A stretch of 32,000 bases of DNA from Corynebacterium glutamicum ATCC 13032. GTDB taxonomy: Bacteria; Actinomycetota; Actinomycetes; Mycobacteriales; Mycobacteriaceae. The position numbers and the translations under genes are program-made. Under the pieces are notes generated by a model. The model saw only the letters and a program-made list of their open reading frames with translations. It was not told the DNA's origin and ran no database searches. The stretch's first letter is position 1. Every line of letters begins with the position of its first letter. The DNA lies in assembly GCF_000011325.1 (NCBI RefSeq), contig NC_003450.3, positions 2,190,001-2,222,000 on the forward strand, written 5' to 3'. Positions 31,184-32,000 of the stretch are shown here, piece by piece.

Positions 31184-31828
31184 TTAGTCGCAGAACTTCC
31201 ACTGGCCACCTTCGTTGAAGAAGCGCTGGGTTGCAGAGTCGGTGGTTCCACCGGCGGTTGCTACGACCCATGCGGATGCTTCCTGGCCGTTGACCACAAC
31301 ATCGGTGATGGAATCAACAGTTCCGGTGCCTTCGCCACCCAGTGGGATATCAGGGATGGTGTTGAGATCAAGCTGGGTAGCGTCAGCGCCGCTGGCTTCA
31401 AGAACGCGGGTGCAGGTGTTGTTGATGGTGTACGCAAGGGAGCTACGCAAGGTGTTGGTGTCAGTGTATCCGCGAACCAGAGCCTCGATGGCAGCTGTGT
31501 CTTCTGGGGAAGCGGTCTCGCCGTTTTCAACTGGCGCAGCTTCAGCGAAGGTAATTGGGTTCTCAGACAGCTCTTGAGACAGTACATCAAGCTGTGCTTG
31601 CTGCTCTTCGTTGATGGTTGTTGCTTCGGAAGATTCAGATTCGGACGAGGTGGTTTCTGCTGCTTCCGCCGAGGTCGCTGCGCTGGATGAGGAAGAATTT
31701 GTCGTCGTCGCTGCGCTGGATGAGGCTGCTTCAGTATCAGATGAATCACTGCCACATGCGGTCAAGAGAAGTGGGGTGACCATGAGTGCTGCGAAAGCAA
31801 CCTTCTTTGAGGAAAGGCTAATAGACAA
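31184..31828 (-). CDS. Secreted lipoprotein with an S/T/A/E-rich linker and a C-terminal globular domain
   Basis: The TTG start has AGGAG 7 nt upstream. The signal peptide carries a lipobox (LLLTAC, Cys followed by GSDSS). A low-complexity linker follows, then a globular C-terminus of about 120 aa with two Cys (NNTCTRV and KFCD). Confidence 0.75.
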   Translation of the reverse strand: MSISLSSKKVAFAALMVTPLLLTACGSDSSDTEAASSSAATTTNSSSSSAATSAEAAETTSSESESSEATTINEEQQAQLDVLSQELSENPITFAEAAPVENGETASPEDTAAIEALVRGYTDTNTLRSSLAYTINNTCTRVLEASGADATQLDLNTIPDIPLGGEGTGTVDSITDVVVNGQEASAWVVATAGGTTDSATQRFFNEGGQWKFCD

Positions 31829-31945
31829 AGTTCTGCTCCTGATAAATCATCGACATGCTCCGGAAAACTTAAAAATTCCCGGACGGTTCACGCAGATTAC
31901 CCTAGCAAAGCAATCTAGCTGACGACCCAATATAGTCCTGTCATT

Positions 31946-32000
31946 ATGCTGGCAATTGTGCAGCTATCAAAAGAATCTATTATTGGCGCAGCCGTTTCGA
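31946..32000 (+). CDS. Possible 5' end of a gene running off the right window edge
   Basis: The ATG at 31946 opens MLAIVQLSKESIIGAAVS..., which is open to the window end. Only 18 codons are visible, so this is weak. Confidence 0.25.
   Translation, partial: MLAIVQLSKESIIGAAVS

Overview
The window looks like a core chromosomal segment of Corynebacterium glutamicum or a very close relative. I assign it from gene content and order, with no database search. Left to right: a truncated DUF177 gene, a SepIVA-like DivIVA-domain gene, a translationally coupled pair of fused ABC exporters, gdh, a long AT-rich control region, glxK, a small acidic protein divergent from a GalT-like HIT-superfamily enzyme, an M20 amidohydrolase, small membrane proteins, malP, a two-domain VOC protein, pyk and lgt. 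Then come a TrpC-like gene, a Trp-operon-type membrane protein, and the histidine genes hisI-hisF-impA-hisA-hisH and hisB-hisC-hisD on the minus strand. The window ends with a tandem YbjN-like protein, a membrane protein and a lipoprotein. I saw no rRNA, tRNA, CRISPR array, intact mobile element or recognisable defence island. Most of the window is ordinary housekeeping DNA and I found no clear undescribed multi-gene system. The observations most worth a second look are these. (1) The TrpC paralog between hisI and lgt has substitutions at every canonical IGPS catalytic motif, and with the Trp-operon membrane protein it looks like the relic of an ancestral actinobacterial trp cluster. (2) A roughly 2.6 kb insertion (75-aa membrane protein, MFS transporter, about 1 kb of AT-rich non-coding DNA with a frameshifted IS3-family transposase remnant) splits the his cluster between hisB and hisH. 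(3) The hisD leader carries CAU and UGGA elements at the positions I recall being reported for a T-box-like control, but otherwise does not look like a canonical T-box. (4) A GalT-like enzyme of unknown substrate has intact Zn-knuckle and HxHxQ motifs. (5) A small membrane-protein gene is interrupted by an in-frame TGA. ORF-track coordinates include the stop codon. Several starts were moved inward from the longest ORF on RBS and homology grounds.
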